IMG/VR virus record: IMGVR_UViG_3300001598_000001
Location: 1-64,000 of that record
DNA length: 64,000 nt
Direction: 5' to 3' (one strand)
Source: a virus
Taxonomy: Duplodnaviria; Caudoviricetes
Shown here: in pieces, positions 62,316 to 64,000 of the stretch
Layout: each line of letters begins with the position of its first letter
How positions within the stretch are numbered: the first letter of the stretch is position 1
Translations under genes and position numbers: made by a program
The notes under the pieces: generated by a model
Database searches by the model: none
What the model was told of the DNA's origin: nothing
What the model saw: the letters and a program-made list of their open reading frames with translations, nothing else

Positions 62316-63008
62316 ATGATTTATTTTTATGATATTTTCGAACGCGCTTTCAATTTATTTGATGACCCCGACATAAGTCGTAAATATTTTTGTGACCAAG
62401 CAGGTTTTCAACATGATATGTTGGATTATTTAATTAATGGCAAAAATAAATTTACTTTCCCTACAGCTATTACAGATAAATTGGTTATTTGTGATGAACC
62501 TGAGGGACGACAAGAAATTATTGAGGGTGAAGGCACAAATACTTATGTACTAGTTACTACGCCAAAAGAGGGATCGGGTTTCACTTATCGAATTGGTGAA
62601 GAATTAGTTCAAGGACAATATATTCCAGAAACTAATTCAGTGGTTTTTCCACGCACTATTGAAGTTGGTCAAACCTGTTCTGTAACGTGGTACTATGCTG
62701 GTGCGTTTTCAGCGGACTTTTCTAATTGTTTACGTTCTGATTTTCCTATAGATGCAATAATAGAAAAAGTAATTACTATATTAGCATACGGATTATTATC
62801 AGCATGAGGAGATAAGGAAGTAGGCAGAGTATTAGAAGTTCGTAATATATTAACTGATACAGATTTTAATATGTATTCGCCAGCGAATTCGGCAAAAGCA
62901 AAAGTAGAGTGGCGAGATAAGATGAATGAAAACATGGATACCTTGATTTCGGAGTTAAATTGACGAATCATGGCTACTCCTAGAGGAGGAACTCGTTTTG
63001 GAAAATAA
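62316..63008 (+). CDS. Putative head-tail connector, 230 aa; 2 TGA=Trp
   Basis: DFNMYSPAN motif lies after TGA 62805; second TGA at 62961. Confidence 0.75.
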
Positions 63009-63357
63009 AGAATGTTTAGATACAGAAATCAGTTCAGTCTCAATTCGTTTCTCTCTAGAAGAAGAAAAGGAATGATATATTAATTTACGTGGACAATTAA
63101 TTAAATTATTGTATATGATCGAAGCGGAACAAAAGGGCGAGTGTACAGCAGATTTATGATTTTATGGATTTATGCACGAACTTACATCATCAAATTCGCT
63201 TTGTCAAAATAAATTAACAAAAGTTGTTGTAAAAATTTTTGGTTTATTTGAAGACAATAAATATAAAACCATGTCTCACGAACAAATTAAACGTCAAATC
63301 ATGGAATCGAGAGGAATTGTTGACCATTTAATTAAAGAAATGGAAAAAGAAAAATAA
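62998..63357 (+). CDS. Hypothetical protein, 119 aa; 2 TGA=Trp
   Basis: GGAGG RBS + TTG start; same frame as track ORF 63172-63357. Confidence 0.7.
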
Positions 63358-63380
63358 GTAGTACAGGGGGAAGAGCTAAT

Positions 63381-64000
63381 ATGGCACGTAAAGTTATCGA
63401 TGTTACTCGTTCTGTTGATAAATACGACATATTATCACAGACACCTAATAACTACAATTCTCAAAATTATTATTTAAAAGAATTACAAGATAAAGTTAAC
63501 GCTGAATGGAATTATCGTCCAAACAGAGTTACGGTTGAATATGAACATATTTGGGGCAGTCAGCAATATTCCCCACTCGAAGTTGTTGTACAAACTGTAA
63601 AATCAGAAAAAGGTACAGTAATTTCGGATGATTGTAAAAGTTTGGTTTTTAGAGATATTTCTGAAGACAGATTTAAAATTGGTAGTAAATTTAGATTTGC
63701 TCCTAATTTTAACAATCGTGCTGATCAAGTTCTTGGAGTCGATATTAAAAAGAATGTTGATGATATTGATGAATATGAAGATGTTTATATGGAGAATGAT
63801 GGTACATTAGTTGAAGATCTCATTCCTGTAAAATATCGTACTAATATTAAATATAAAAATGTATGGTTAGTTACAAATACTAATACAGCTAAGATGACTT
63901 CTAATGTCATCATCCAACGTTGTAATGGTACTCTTGGTAGTACTTATAAAGACAGCCAAGGAATTTCACACAGACATTATGAACCTGTTATTCAAGGCCA
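63381..64000 (+). CDS. Putative neck / head-completion protein, 3'-partial
   Basis: Open from ATG 63381 to the window end; VWLV..IIQRCN. Confidence 0.7.
   Translation, partial: MARKVIDVTRSVDKYDILSQTPNNYNSQNYYLKELQDKVNAEWNYRPNRVTVEYEHIWGSQQYSPLEVVVQTVKSEKGTVISDDCKSLVFRDISEDRFKIGSKFRFAPNFNNRADQVLGVDIKKNVDDIDEYEDVYMENDGTLVEDLIPVKYRTNIKYKNVWLVTNTNTAKMTSNVIIQRCNGTLGSTYKDSQGISHRHYEPVIQG

Noticed and set aside
42421-63357. Fragmented RNAP, terminase, portal and protease ORFs as pseudogenes of a decayed prophage
   Set aside because: Every interruption is TGA, the fragments stay in frame with no frameshifts or internal TAA/TAG, and several TGAs sit at expected Trp positions.

Overview
64 kb AT-rich segment of a large tailed dsDNA phage with an SPbeta-like layout, probably infecting a low-GC Bacilli/Mollicutes-related host (inferred). 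There are three blocks. (1) 1-16.8 kb, + strand: nucleotide metabolism, recombination and host-manipulation genes (PD-(D/E)XK endonuclease end, FTR-like protein, nrdG, recD2, infA, iscS, dut). (2) 17.3-46.4 kb, - strand: many small early/accessory genes (sigma70-family factor, SprT-like, gp88-like, dprA, two PcfJ-like proteins) downstream of a YonO-type single-subunit RNA polymerase. (3) 46.9-64 kb, + strand: head morphogenesis (phosphoesterase, terminase, portal, prohead protease/scaffold, decoration, major capsid, neck). The phage reads TGA as Trp, but only in part of the genome: I counted 38 in-frame TGAs in 13 genes at 1-1.3 kb and 42.4-63.4 kb, including the RNA polymerase, terminase, portal and protease. 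The genes from 1.4 to 42.4 kb contain no in-frame TGA and end in TAA/TAG, so they translate the same in either code. The supplied ORF track therefore fragments many real genes. The capsid gene is split by a 742-nt group I intron. Its P9 region holds, inside a long hairpin, a deleted mini-copy of the endonuclease gene that lies intact just downstream. Both copies carry a covarying three-way-junction leader that I do not recognise. Twelve promoters share TTGnnn-17 bp-TATAAT with an unusual CCCAT extended -10. No tRNA or CRISPR array was found. All family assignments are from motif recognition, not database searches.
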